Shown piece after piece: positions 26,408 through 35,090 of a stretch of DNA of 64,000 nucleotides. Each line of letters begins with the position of its first letter. The first letter of the stretch is position 1. The stretch comes from an uncultured Candidatus Poseidoniales archaeon (GTDB lineage: Archaea; Thermoplasmatota; Poseidoniia; Poseidoniales; Poseidoniaceae), in assembly GCA_964613395.1 (NCBI GenBank), contig CAZTGO010000005.1, positions 336 to 64,335 on the forward strand. The letters are read 5' to 3'. Under the pieces are notes generated by a model. The model searched no databases. It had not been told where the DNA came from and worked only from the letters and a program-made list of their open reading frames with translations. The translations under genes and the position numbers were made by a program.

Positions 26408-28615
26408 ATGCAAGGGAGAAAGAGGTGGTTTCTCCTTTCTGCGATTATTCTCCTTAGTCTAGTCACTGGCATACAAAACACTGCTGCTCAAACGGTTGAC
26501 AATGTCGAAGGAAATATGATGTTTGAAATCCAAGGGCTCGAACAAACAACATACCAATTCTCGCTTGAGGTCATTGAAGGTTTGACAAACATTGTCGATG
26601 TATCTTGCACTTCATGTACCGTGAGTATACTGCTCAACGACGAGGTTACAAATGGACAGCAACAAATCTTCGAAAGCGATGAAAATACAAGTGCGTTACT
26701 CACCATCGAATCTCATGAACGACAATTGATTCAAGTGAAGATTTTTCTTGACGTAAGTCACCACGGCCTAACCACTCGCCCATCGCCGACCCAAACAGTT
26801 GACATGCAAAATCTACCGCTCTGCGACATTCAATCTGTATGTTTCCAGCATGAGCCACAGTCGTTGAGAAATACTCAATTTTTCAATCAACAAGAAGTTG
26901 AAATTTACGCAGGAAAAATAGCGGATGGACTGGATGATTACCTCGTTTTTCCAGCAGCAAAAGGTGCCACGGTTGAGTTGAACTGGCATCATTTAACTGG
27001 TGACCAAACGACAACAGTATATTTTCAGGAAGATGAAAATGAACTCCAGTTACTCCCACCAACACTTGTTCAGCCCAATCAAATGCTGAAACCTCTTGGC
27101 ATCCTTCACAACACCATGTATCTTCAGATTCCCGATGATGGCAGAATTATTGTTAAAATCCAAGGTGAAAATCCCACGGATTATTATGCTCTTTCGTTGG
27201 TTGCTTACCGAAAAATGACAAACATCACAACTGCATTCGATGTCGAGGAATCGACGAACTATATAGGCCATGGAATTCATCAACTTGCGTTCGATTGGCC
27301 AGAGGCCCATGCAATACATTTCGTTAATGGCCCCCATCAAATTGAATTGAACATCACGTTTTTTGCAGGTGTTGAATTACGAGATGATGGACAAGTGATT
27401 TTACCATACGAACAAGTAAAAATTTACCCTTACCCAAACACAACTGCTGGAAAATTCATTATCATCTCAAATCAAACGTACTCCTTCGATATCGAATTGA
27501 GAAACTATTCTGATGCGTCGAGCGATCGGGATGCACAAGGATACCTACCATCCGGAAACCTCAGTCAAATTTCACAAGATTGGGTTCTCCTTAATGTCAC
27601 AGAGAATTACAATGCTCAACTGACCTTATCAATTTTCGATACAAGTGATACATATCTGTTCTACATCGAGGGGTGGGAAGAATCAATCCATTTCGTTGAA
27701 TTTAAGATCGAAGGGACAATCGATGGGCTTCAAGTCCAACTTTGGGACATGAATCCAAACACACATGAACCAATAAATTCCTACATCGGTTTGAAGTCAT
27801 CAACTGAAATTCGAGTTGGGCAGCAAGTCGGCCAAGGCCACCATATTCTCCAAATTCGACATCAAGACCCCCTCAATGTAACACCAACCGAATTTGGCAT
27901 CGATACGCCCCCTATTCAATACACGATAACCTCAACATACCAACTCATCGATGAAGGTGAAGAACCTTGGTTTCCGCCAGATGATGAAGCAAAAGCCTGG
28001 GGAGAAATTGTTCGTTGGATTCTAGGATTTCTGCTGATTGTTCCTGCAATTTTCTTGTTTATAGCAAAGAAAAGAAATGATCGTTTGACTGCAGAAATTC
28101 TTTCCAAAAGAAATCGTCTTGATTGGTTAAAATCTCAACTTGATTCAGGTAATGTCACGTCGAACGGATCGAGAAAAAATCTTCTTCGAAGTTTAACAGC
28201 CCTACAATCTGTTGCATGGAACGAAGGTACAAGTTCGTGGGGTCCGCCGTCGCTACAACATACAACAGAAGGCCTCGAATTTATGGTTTGGGAACTCGAC
28301 AAGAGATTGTCAACAGATGAAAAAGCCACACCATATCTCATAGGCGTGTACGCAAAAGAAGGCTCTTGGGACCTTGCAGTGTTGAAAATCGAGGCTCCTG
28401 AAGGCTCGCCATTTAACATTGTAAATTGCGCACCAAAATTCCTTTTCCGTGGTGAAGAAGTGTTCATCGACACACTTCTGCATGGCCAATTAACCTACTT
28501 CCAAATTGATGTACTCGGTTCATCGAAGCGTGTTGAATTTGAATTGAATGGAAGATTGGATGGACAGCCATTTGCCGCAAAAATCCCTCACTCACTCTTG
28601 TTTGAGGAAGAATAA
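26408..28615 (+). CDS. Large surface protein with a single TM helix and a 182-aa cytoplasmic C-terminal domain of unknown type
   Basis: Signal peptide WFLLSAIILLSLVTGIQNTAAQ. The ectodomain is beta-rich with many N-x-S/T sequons. TM helix IVRWILGFLLIVPAIFLFIA. The tail (nt 28067..28612) looks non-low-complexity. Confidence 0.75.
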   Translation: MQGRKRWFLLSAIILLSLVTGIQNTAAQTVDNVEGNMMFEIQGLEQTTYQFSLEVIEGLTNIVDVSCTSCTVSILLNDEVTNGQQQIFESDENTSALLTIESHERQLIQVKIFLDVSHHGLTTRPSPTQTVDMQNLPLCDIQSVCFQHEPQSLRNTQFFNQQEVEIYAGKIADGLDDYLVFPAAKGATVELNWHHLTGDQTTTVYFQEDENELQLLPPTLVQPNQMLKPLGILHNTMYLQIPDDGRIIVKIQGENPTDYYALSLVAYRKMTNITTAFDVEESTNYIGHGIHQLAFDWPEAHAIHFVNGPHQIELNITFFAGVELRDDGQVILPYEQVKIYPYPNTTAGKFIIISNQTYSFDIELRNYSDASSDRDAQGYLPSGNLSQISQDWVLLNVTENYNAQLTLSIFDTSDTYLFYIEGWEESIHFVEFKIEGTIDGLQVQLWDMNPNTHEPINSYIGLKSSTEIRVGQQVGQGHHILQIRHQDPLNVTPTEFGIDTPPIQYTITSTYQLIDEGEEPWFPPDDEAKAWGEIVRWILGFLLIVPAIFLFIAKKRNDRLTAEILSKRNRLDWLKSQLDSGNVTSNGSRKNLLRSLTALQSVAWNEGTSSWGPPSLQHTTEGLEFMVWELDKRLSTDEKATPYLIGVYAKEGSWDLAVLKIEAPEGSPFNIVNCAPKFLFRGEEVFIDTLLHGQLTYFQIDVLGSSKRVEFELNGRLDGQPFAAKIPHSLLFEEE

Positions 28616-28618
28616 CGC

Positions 28619-29737
28619 TCAACGACGGCGGTCTTCAGAATCTTCTAGGATTCTTTTCAAGATATCCTTTGGGGCAAGTTCATCACGAAGTGATGCAAGT
28701 GCTTTCTTCGCATCTTTTCCTATTTTTTTGGGCATGTGTAATTTCAGTAAAACAACGACATCACCATTTCGTCCTGATCGTGGGTGTGGTAATCCACGTT
28801 TTCGAATAGTTAAGGTTTCACCAGAATTTGAAAATGGTGGCACCTTGATCTCCAAAGTTGAGCCATCGATGTGCTCGAGTTCAACTGTTGTACCAAGCAG
28901 AAGATCGCTATAACCTAAGGGAAGCGACATAATCAAATCCGAACCACTTCGCTCAAACCAAGGATGAGGATCGACTTCAATCTCTATGAATAAATCACCT
29001 GGTTCACCATTTGCAAAGGTAGATGGCTCTCCTTTTCCTCTCATCCTCAATCGAGTACCATTCTCTGCACCCTTTGGTACTTGAAAACGCAAAGTTGTCG
29101 ATTGCAATGTATTGCCTTGGCCTGAGCAATCATCACACGATTGAATCGGTGTTGAACCAACGCCACCACAATCATTGCATGGACGAACTGTCGATTGTAC
29201 AAAAGGCCCAATTTGTTCACGAACTTGGATTTGTCCTTGTCCGCGACAGGGTTGACAAACCTCCAATTTTGCATCTTTTGCACCAGTACCATCGCACGAC
29301 TCACACGCTTGTGGGAGGTCAAGGGTCACTTCTTCCTGCGTCCCATTGTACACATCTGAGTATTCAACAGTATGTCGCACAAGAATATCTGAACCTCTTC
29401 GTTGCCTAGTGCGACGACGGCCCCCTCCGAATAAATTTGAGAACAAATCTCCACCAAACAAATCTTCGAGATTGATGTTGAATCCACCCTCAAATCCTGA
29501 AAATGGGCTGCCAGATGGCCCAGAATGCCCGAATCGATCGTAATGAGCACGTTTTTGACTATCGGAGAGAACCGCATATGCTTCTTGAATCTCTTTAAAT
29601 TTCGACTCCGCATCTGGTTCGGTGCTTCTATCGGGATGATACTTTCGAGCTAACCTACGGAAGGCGTTTTTGAGGTCTTTCTCACTTGCGTCTTTTTCGA
29701 CTTCGAGAGTTTCATAATAATCCCGTTTGTCAGACAT
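28619..29737 (-). CDS. dnaJ: Molecular chaperone DnaJ (type I Hsp40)
   Basis: J-domain DYYETLEVEKDASEKDLKNAFRRLARKYHPD, a G/F-rich region, and four CxxCxGxG motifs (CESCDGTG, CQPCRGQG, CNDCGGVG, CDDCSGQG). ATG 29737 is preceded by GGAGG; the track start 29743 is GTG. Confidence 0.95.
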   Translation of the reverse strand: MSDKRDYYETLEVEKDASEKDLKNAFRRLARKYHPDRSTEPDAESKFKEIQEAYAVLSDSQKRAHYDRFGHSGPSGSPFSGFEGGFNINLEDLFGGDLFSNLFGGGRRRTRQRRGSDILVRHTVEYSDVYNGTQEEVTLDLPQACESCDGTGAKDAKLEVCQPCRGQGQIQVREQIGPFVQSTVRPCNDCGGVGSTPIQSCDDCSGQGNTLQSTTLRFQVPKGAENGTRLRMRGKGEPSTFANGEPGDLFIEIEVDPHPWFERSGSDLIMSLPLGYSDLLLGTTVELEHIDGSTLEIKVPPFSNSGETLTIRKRGLPHPRSGRNGDVVVLLKLHMPKKIGKDAKKALASLRDELAPKDILKRILEDSEDRRR

Positions 29738-29743
29738 CAGCAC

Positions 29744-29748
29744 CCTCC
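29744..29748 (-). promoter_or_regulatory. Shine-Dalgarno-like GGAGG upstream of the dnaJ ATG at 29737
   Basis: The reverse complement reads ggGGAGGgtgctgATG with a 6-nt spacer. Confidence 0.45.
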
Positions 29749-29798
29749 CCGTAATGAGACGACAAAAACCCCCCTTTGAATATCACGCATCGAATTAT

Positions 29799-30722
29799 CT
29801 ACAAATCAAGGCCGCAAGATTGGCAGAATCGTTCACCCGATTGATTTGTAGCACCACATCCACGACATTGAAGCCCTCCAATCGACACAGTTTGAGGTTG
29901 AGATTGGGATGCTGAACTCATCATAGCCATGGATTCAATACTCTCGCTAGGAGTGATTGGTTGGTTCTTCGATATTGCTTGAGAACTTTCGAGCAATTCC
30001 CCGCTCGAAGACAAACTATCATCGATACCTCCCGAATCACTGAAACTCGTGATGCGAATCGCTTCATCATCTGATTCCTGGAGTAATTTCATCGGGGCAA
30101 CCGGGCGTTGAGCTATTACTGGTTTGGAGGATGCCTGGGCTTGTAGTGTTGCATTTTTCTTTCGCTGTCGTTCATTTCTTGAATCACTCCCAAACCATGA
30201 GCCGACAAGATCGAGAAACCTGTCCATAGGTGAAGGTTGACGCACTGCACCAATCGTACCTGTTTGATGATGAGGAGAGTTTTGAGGATCGGCATACAGG
30301 TCACCGGTTGCTTGTCGGACAGTTCTCGACTCAGTTAACATCGAAACTTCGACCTTTTCCTCGCTGTCCAATTCAATTTCTTCTGGCTCACTTGATATCG
30401 AACCCACTTGACCTGCATACGATGTTGACGGCGATAGTGTATCATTGAGGAATACCTCTTTGTCCCATACACCTTCTTCTTCTGCTTTGTACACGTCTTT
30501 GATTTTTTTCATTGCTTTTGACCGATGATATTCATGATCTTTAACAACATTCAATTTTCGTCGTAGCACAAGAAAGATGGCTAAACATATTGAGTAGTAA
30601 ACGACAACACCTATCCACGAATACTCGATTGTCGCTTTCAGAGGTGGAACACTGAAGTGAAAAGAAATAAAGAAAATAAATGGGGATAAACTTAGGAGAA
30701 GATTTGTCAACCCCTTCGCCAT
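29799..30722 (-). CDS. Membrane protein: two N-terminal TM helices, long disordered S/E/Q-rich region, C-terminal zinc ribbon
   Basis: TM helices LTNLLLSLSPFIFFISFHF and WIGVVVYYSICLAIFLVL. The protein ends ...LQCRGCGATNQSGERFCQSCGLDL. Confidence 0.6.
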   Translation of the reverse strand: MAKGLTNLLLSLSPFIFFISFHFSVPPLKATIEYSWIGVVVYYSICLAIFLVLRRKLNVVKDHEYHRSKAMKKIKDVYKAEEEGVWDKEVFLNDTLSPSTSYAGQVGSISSEPEEIELDSEEKVEVSMLTESRTVRQATGDLYADPQNSPHHQTGTIGAVRQPSPMDRFLDLVGSWFGSDSRNERQRKKNATLQAQASSKPVIAQRPVAPMKLLQESDDEAIRITSFSDSGGIDDSLSSSGELLESSQAISKNQPITPSESIESMAMMSSASQSQPQTVSIGGLQCRGCGATNQSGERFCQSCGLDL

Positions 30723-30781
30723 TTCATCACCCTTATCTCATTAGCCATCCATCATTTTAATTGAAAGTATGCTTTTTTTGT

Positions 30782-31855
30782 TCATCTGCGATCGTGTGCA
30801 AATGACCCTTTTCGAATCAAGCCATCAATAAGACCGATTGTAAAACTCGTGTGAAGGAACACAAGACAAAGTGGACACCCAAGGAGTACAGAAAAAGAGC
30901 GGAACCGTACTGCTTGGGAAAAACCTGCCAAAATTAAAACACCAAAATAGAACAAAATTGGAAGCATTGAAAATCTATGATTTGTCAAAAATAGTGCACT
31001 GGTGAGAAGCAATCCAATGAGCGGTAAAAACTCAACAAACCTAACTCGAGAGGGGTATTTTCGAATCAACTTTGTCCTCCAAAAGCCATACCTATGGCCC
31101 ATTTTCCACCACTGAGAAAGTGTTGACCTTTTTTTCATTTGAATCGTAGCGATAGGAGACCTCGCTAAAATGTAACCTGCATCGAGCATTCGCATTGATA
31201 GTTCACTATCTTGGCTCGTAATGAATTCGGGGTCCCAACCTCCCAATTCTTCGATACATGCCCGCCTATGCAAAACAAACGCCGGGGTTTTTGTCGTCTC
31301 AAGTTTGTCAAATTTCGCAAATTGACCATCGCTATGACCAAGCCATGAACTGATTGCAGATTCAATCCATGCTTCTCTTCGAGTCGATAGAGATGAATCT
31401 GGCAGAACTCTAGCCCCAAGGCCTGCAAGTTTCTCTCCATATTTTTGCTCAGCTTCATTCCAAGCCTTCAGTCTTAATTCGAGATAATCTTCATGCACAA
31501 ATGCATGACCAATATGCTCCAAAACATAACGCACCGAATCTGGCAAAGCACTCATAGCGATGTTCCTTGCATGAGAGACCGACCGTTCTGGATTATCGAG
31601 TAAGATTATTTCCGGCATCTCTTTAGTACGTTGTTCTATGAATGCATGAAGGAGTTCAAGTGTTCGATCATTCGACCCACCATCCACAAGAAGAATCGCG
31701 TATGTTCTTGAGTCAATCGTTTGATTGGATAATGCCTTCAAACATCGTTCGATATGTTCTTCCTCATTGTAAATGGGTACGACCACAGCGAGTTCAGGTT
31801 GTGTTCCATTCACAGTGCGGGTTTTGTTGAAATGCTTTTGATTCTTATGTTTCAT
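30782..31855 (-). CDS. Family 2 glycosyltransferase with C-terminal membrane helices
   Basis: LAVVVPIYNEEEHIERCLKALSNQT...ILLVDGGSNDRT is a GT-A fold with DxD-type motifs. Hydrophobic C-terminal helices are FLPLIGLLLTSALFL and LPILFYFGVLILAGF. Confidence 0.85.
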   Translation of the reverse strand: MKHKNQKHFNKTRTVNGTQPELAVVVPIYNEEEHIERCLKALSNQTIDSRTYAILLVDGGSNDRTLELLHAFIEQRTKEMPEIILLDNPERSVSHARNIAMSALPDSVRYVLEHIGHAFVHEDYLELRLKAWNEAEQKYGEKLAGLGARVLPDSSLSTRREAWIESAISSWLGHSDGQFAKFDKLETTKTPAFVLHRRACIEELGGWDPEFITSQDSELSMRMLDAGYILARSPIATIQMKKRSTLSQWWKMGHRYGFWRTKLIRKYPSRVRFVEFLPLIGLLLTSALFLTNHRFSMLPILFYFGVLILAGFSQAVRFRSFSVLLGCPLCLVFLHTSFTIGLIDGLIRKGSFAHDRR

Positions 31856-31891
31856 CTCTTCTGTCGCAACAGTTTCTTGAGGCGTTTGGGT

Positions 31892-32425
31892 ATGGCTCGA
31901 ATGATGTCAGGACCTAGAATCGCTCTCACCGGCATCAATGAAGGTATACAAGTTCGGGTAAAAACCACAACGAAAGGAGCAGAATCTTCAACGAAAATAC
32001 AAGCCGCAATCCAACATATTTTCCCAGATGCAGAACATCTTGACCTTGGAGAACCCACATTTGGTGAAAACAACAATCACACACTCGAGTGGGAAGGGTT
32101 GTCAATGGAAACATTCCTAAAAAAGATACACGAACAACGAATTCTCGACACCTCATTGGACATGATGGCAAGGAAAATCGATGGCAATTCGTCAACGTTT
32201 GACATCTCTCGTCAATCTGCATCAGTTGGAAAAATTTCGTTTCCGATTCCTAATGAATATCCTTTTGGTGGTGTTATTGAGATCACCCTATCCGGTGAAC
32301 ATCTCATCGACTGGATACAATCTGCGACATGGCATTCAGGAAGAGAACGATTTCCAAGATTTGCAGGTGACGATTTCGAAATGCAAGATGATGGCGAATC
32401 AAAAGTTTGGCATGATTCTCGTTAG
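31892..32425 (+). CDS. UPF0201/COG1931-family predicted RNA-binding protein
   Basis: IQVRVKTTTKGAESSTKIQAAIQHIFP...FLKKIHEQRILDTSLDMMARKIDGNSSTFDISRQSASVGKISFP...GGVIEITLSGEHLIDWI matches my recollection of the UPF0201 pattern (...RILDsaR...K..aAvG.lsF...plG.I...vdWl). ATG 31892 avoids the 102-nt overlap with the GT2 gene that the track start 31754 would create. Confidence 0.6.
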   Translation: MARMMSGPRIALTGINEGIQVRVKTTTKGAESSTKIQAAIQHIFPDAEHLDLGEPTFGENNNHTLEWEGLSMETFLKKIHEQRILDTSLDMMARKIDGNSSTFDISRQSASVGKISFPIPNEYPFGGVIEITLSGEHLIDWIQSATWHSGRERFPRFAGDDFEMQDDGESKVWHDSR

Positions 32426-33370
32426 GTATCTCGCCAAATCCCTATCATGAGGCATCCAATCTGTTTCTAGCAGTTCATCGATAGATATCCATTGATATTC
32501 TGCATGTTCAAACAACTGGATGTTTCCTAATGCTTCATTCGTTGCTGATGCAGATGTCAAAAAAAGCGAGTACCATCTACCTTTAATTTCATAGTCCCAT
32601 CGACCCAATGTTTTCAATGGTGTGATATCAAGATTCAATTCTTCTAAACATTCTCTTTGTAAGGCATCTTGAACAGATTCGCCTGCCTCTAACTTACCTC
32701 CTGGAAATTCCCATCCTGATATAGCATTCTCGACCCTATAAGCTGCGAACATCTCATTTCGTTCTGATGTTAAAGCAAGTGCAGCAACAGGGATTGATTT
32801 CACTTTTAGTGATGCAATGATTGAGGTTAATATTCGAATTGTTTTGTTTGTTAATTCGTCGACTGATATAACTGATTCTGGAGGTAAGTGGATGAAGACG
32901 CAGTTTTTCCGAAAGTTCTTTGCTTCAAGGGACAACAAAGTTTGCCTGTATGTTTCGTTACAAACAAATGAACCAGCGTCAATAGATTCTTCTAGATTCT
33001 TTACTTCTTCAAATAAACGATTGAACGGTAGTTCGGAATACACTGCACCGTAATCATCAATGGGTTGTGAACGTATTTGTCGACCTTCATTATCTGGAAT
33101 ACGCATGTCAATCCAATTTGTTGCACGGGTTTCAACGCGGACGTGGGTACAAGATTCGCACAATCCTAGATGAACAACAAGGTCAAATTGCACACCAGAT
33201 TCAATTTGCTCTTTTGCGTAATTTGCTCCTCGTTTTGATACTGGTAATATTTTGAATTGAAAAATTAACTCAGAAGGGAATACATGTTTCATCAACTTTT
33301 GTACAACGAGCATACTCGCATTGGTTGTTGATTCGCCAAAGGGCTCAAAACCTGTCACAAGTATTCGCAT
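32399..33370 (-). CDS. Fusion protein: pyroglutamyl peptidase I (peptidase C15, Pcp) + MutT-type NUDIX hydrolase
   Basis: N-terminus MRILVTGFEPFGESTTNAS, catalytic-Cys motif DAGSFVCNETY and His motif VFIHLPPE define Pcp. The C-terminal part has the NUDIX box GWEFPGGKLEAGESVQDALQRECLEELNL. ATG 33370; the track start 33514 adds 48 implausible residues and overlaps the divergent gene. Confidence 0.8.
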   Translation of the reverse strand: MRILVTGFEPFGESTTNASMLVVQKLMKHVFPSELIFQFKILPVSKRGANYAKEQIESGVQFDLVVHLGLCESCTHVRVETRATNWIDMRIPDNEGRQIRSQPIDDYGAVYSELPFNRLFEEVKNLEESIDAGSFVCNETYRQTLLSLEAKNFRKNCVFIHLPPESVISVDELTNKTIRILTSIIASLKVKSIPVAALALTSERNEMFAAYRVENAISGWEFPGGKLEAGESVQDALQRECLEELNLDITPLKTLGRWDYEIKGRWYSLFLTSASATNEALGNIQLFEHAEYQWISIDELLETDWMPHDRDLARYLTRIMPNF

Positions 33371-33459
33371 GGGTTCCACGAATAAAGTGATGAAAACAAG
33401 AATTTGATTTCTTCGGTAGAAATTCATCGGCACATTCACAAAGAAGATATGGTGAACGA

Positions 33460-33810
33460 ATGAACATGAGCGACCATGACGATGATCATGAATTGGTTGT
33501 CCAATACCCCACAAATGAAAAAAAATCGATCACCAATAGAATCGTTTCTACGTTAAAAACCATTTTTCATGAAATTACCTTTGGGGTAGGGACATGGGGG
33601 GCAATGCGGCCAATGTTCACGGCTGTTTTGGCCGGAATTCCATTTCTTTTCCTTGGACAACACTTCAACAAGGAGCACGGTAAAGCAAGGGATTGGACCC
33701 TTTTGCAAATTCCACTTGCTCTCACCGTTGTCCTTTGGATTGGACTTTGGCTTTTCTCCATTTTTGATGCATGGAAAACCGCTACAGGAATTGTTGCAAC
33801 TTCAAACTAA
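33460..33810 (+). CDS. Small membrane protein (2 predicted TM helices), function unknown
   Basis: Acidic, His-rich N-terminus MNMSDHDDDHE. TM segments MFTAVLAGIPFLFLG and IPLALTVVLWIGLWLFSIF. Its 3' end overlaps the convergent metalloprotease gene by 4 nt. Confidence 0.5.
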   Translation: MNMSDHDDDHELVVQYPTNEKKSITNRIVSTLKTIFHEITFGVGTWGAMRPMFTAVLAGIPFLFLGQHFNKEHGKARDWTLLQIPLALTVVLWIGLWLFSIFDAWKTATGIVATSN

Positions 33811-34595
33811 GGCTTCCATAATTGGTCTGTTGGTTGTATCTTTTCATTTTTCATATCACTTAGGTCTGCAAGGTCATCGGAGTCAAACTCATTTGGTAAA
33901 TCACCGGTGATGAAATTCATCAGTGATGTCGACTCAATGGCCCAATACATGACAGAATCTTCGTTGTTCGAATGACCAGGATGATCCGAATCTTCATGCG
34001 GTCTTGGAGATTCATACACAAGGTTAACCAAGCCTAAGAGATGGCCGACCTCATGAACAACAACGCTATTTTCTACATCTTCTGCTGAAGGCCTCCCAAA
34101 GAAGCCTTCTGCCTCCTCAATACTATCTTTGAAGATGGCGATTGTTGATCCATCTACAGCTACGCCTAGAACAGAATCATCGACATATGTTCCAGACGGA
34201 AAAATGAGTTGCCAATACAACGTTGAAGTGCTATGAGGGTGCCCTTCTTTTAGTTTCCAGCCCTGGTCCCTTACATCATCTGCACTCCAAGAATCGATTG
34301 AAAATGTGGCTTCAATATAATTGAATTTCACACCTGATGGCTTATCACATACATCCAAAATTCTTTCTTCAAGCATGGTTAAACTCGAAGATTCTGGGCG
34401 ATAACCCGATTCAAAAACAATCTCAAATTCGAGACTTTTATGTTGATCAGAACGTAAGCAAGCCATCGTCAATGAACCCGGAATCCCATGGTTTTCCAAG
34501 TCAAGTACTTCTTTGATTGAATCAGTCAGACAACCTGAAAGACTCGTAGAGATGATGAAGAAAGACATCAAAAAAGCAGTCGATAGCCTCTTCAT
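33807..34595 (-). CDS. Metzincin-like zinc metalloprotease, probable lipoprotein
   Basis: Signal peptide with a lipobox-like end, FFIISTSLSGC. Zinc motif VVVHEVGHLLGL, a downstream HPGHS, and a possible Met-turn DSVMYW. Confidence 0.65.
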   Translation of the reverse strand: MKRLSTAFLMSFFIISTSLSGCLTDSIKEVLDLENHGIPGSLTMACLRSDQHKSLEFEIVFESGYRPESSSLTMLEERILDVCDKPSGVKFNYIEATFSIDSWSADDVRDQGWKLKEGHPHSTSTLYWQLIFPSGTYVDDSVLGVAVDGSTIAIFKDSIEEAEGFFGRPSAEDVENSVVVHEVGHLLGLVNLVYESPRPHEDSDHPGHSNNEDSVMYWAIESTSLMNFITGDLPNEFDSDDLADLSDMKNEKIQPTDQLWKP

Positions 34596-34631
34596 AGATT
34601 GTGCTGCATACTGGTCTTAGAAAAATCTTCG

Positions 34632-35078
34632 TCACCAATCATCGGGAATCTCTAGAGGCGAAAACAACTGACCAGGACTTTGAACATTCGACAACTGTGT
34701 GCGAATAACTTGTTCCCATTGACGTAGCATCAATAGAGCACGGTCAAGTTCAATGTTGATTTCAATGAGCGTAACACGAATGAGCGTATCGAGGATATCC
34801 ATTCGTTGAGCATCGGACCGTTCCAATAGTTTGTCTAGGGAAAATTGCTGAGCATTGTTCGTCGAAACCTCCCTAATTTCCCAAGGCTCTGTCAATTCGT
34901 TAGGTAGTTGTTGATTGGAAGTCAAAGCATACTCTTGAAGTGAAGAAAGCAATTGTTTAATGTGCTTTTGAAAAACAAGAGAAACCTCAAACAAAGGCAT
35001 TTTGAGTTGTTGAAGTAAGTTCACAACTCGCTCTTGAAAGACCACCATTCCATCAATAGTGGGCGTATCTTTGGTCAA
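34632..35078 (-). CDS. Hypothetical helical cytosolic protein
   Basis: 148-aa ORF with a TTG start at 35078; the alternative ATG at 35048 gives MVVFQER. It begins 12 nt downstream of the giant gene 35091..40451 on the same strand. No TM helix and no motif I recognise. Confidence 0.45.
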   Translation of the reverse strand: MTKDTPTIDGMVVFQERVVNLLQQLKMPLFEVSLVFQKHIKQLLSSLQEYALTSNQQLPNELTEPWEIREVSTNNAQQFSLDKLLERSDAQRMDILDTLIRVTLIEINIELDRALLMLRQWEQVIRTQLSNVQSPGQLFSPLEIPDDW

Positions 35079-35090
35079 AGGATGACCTCA

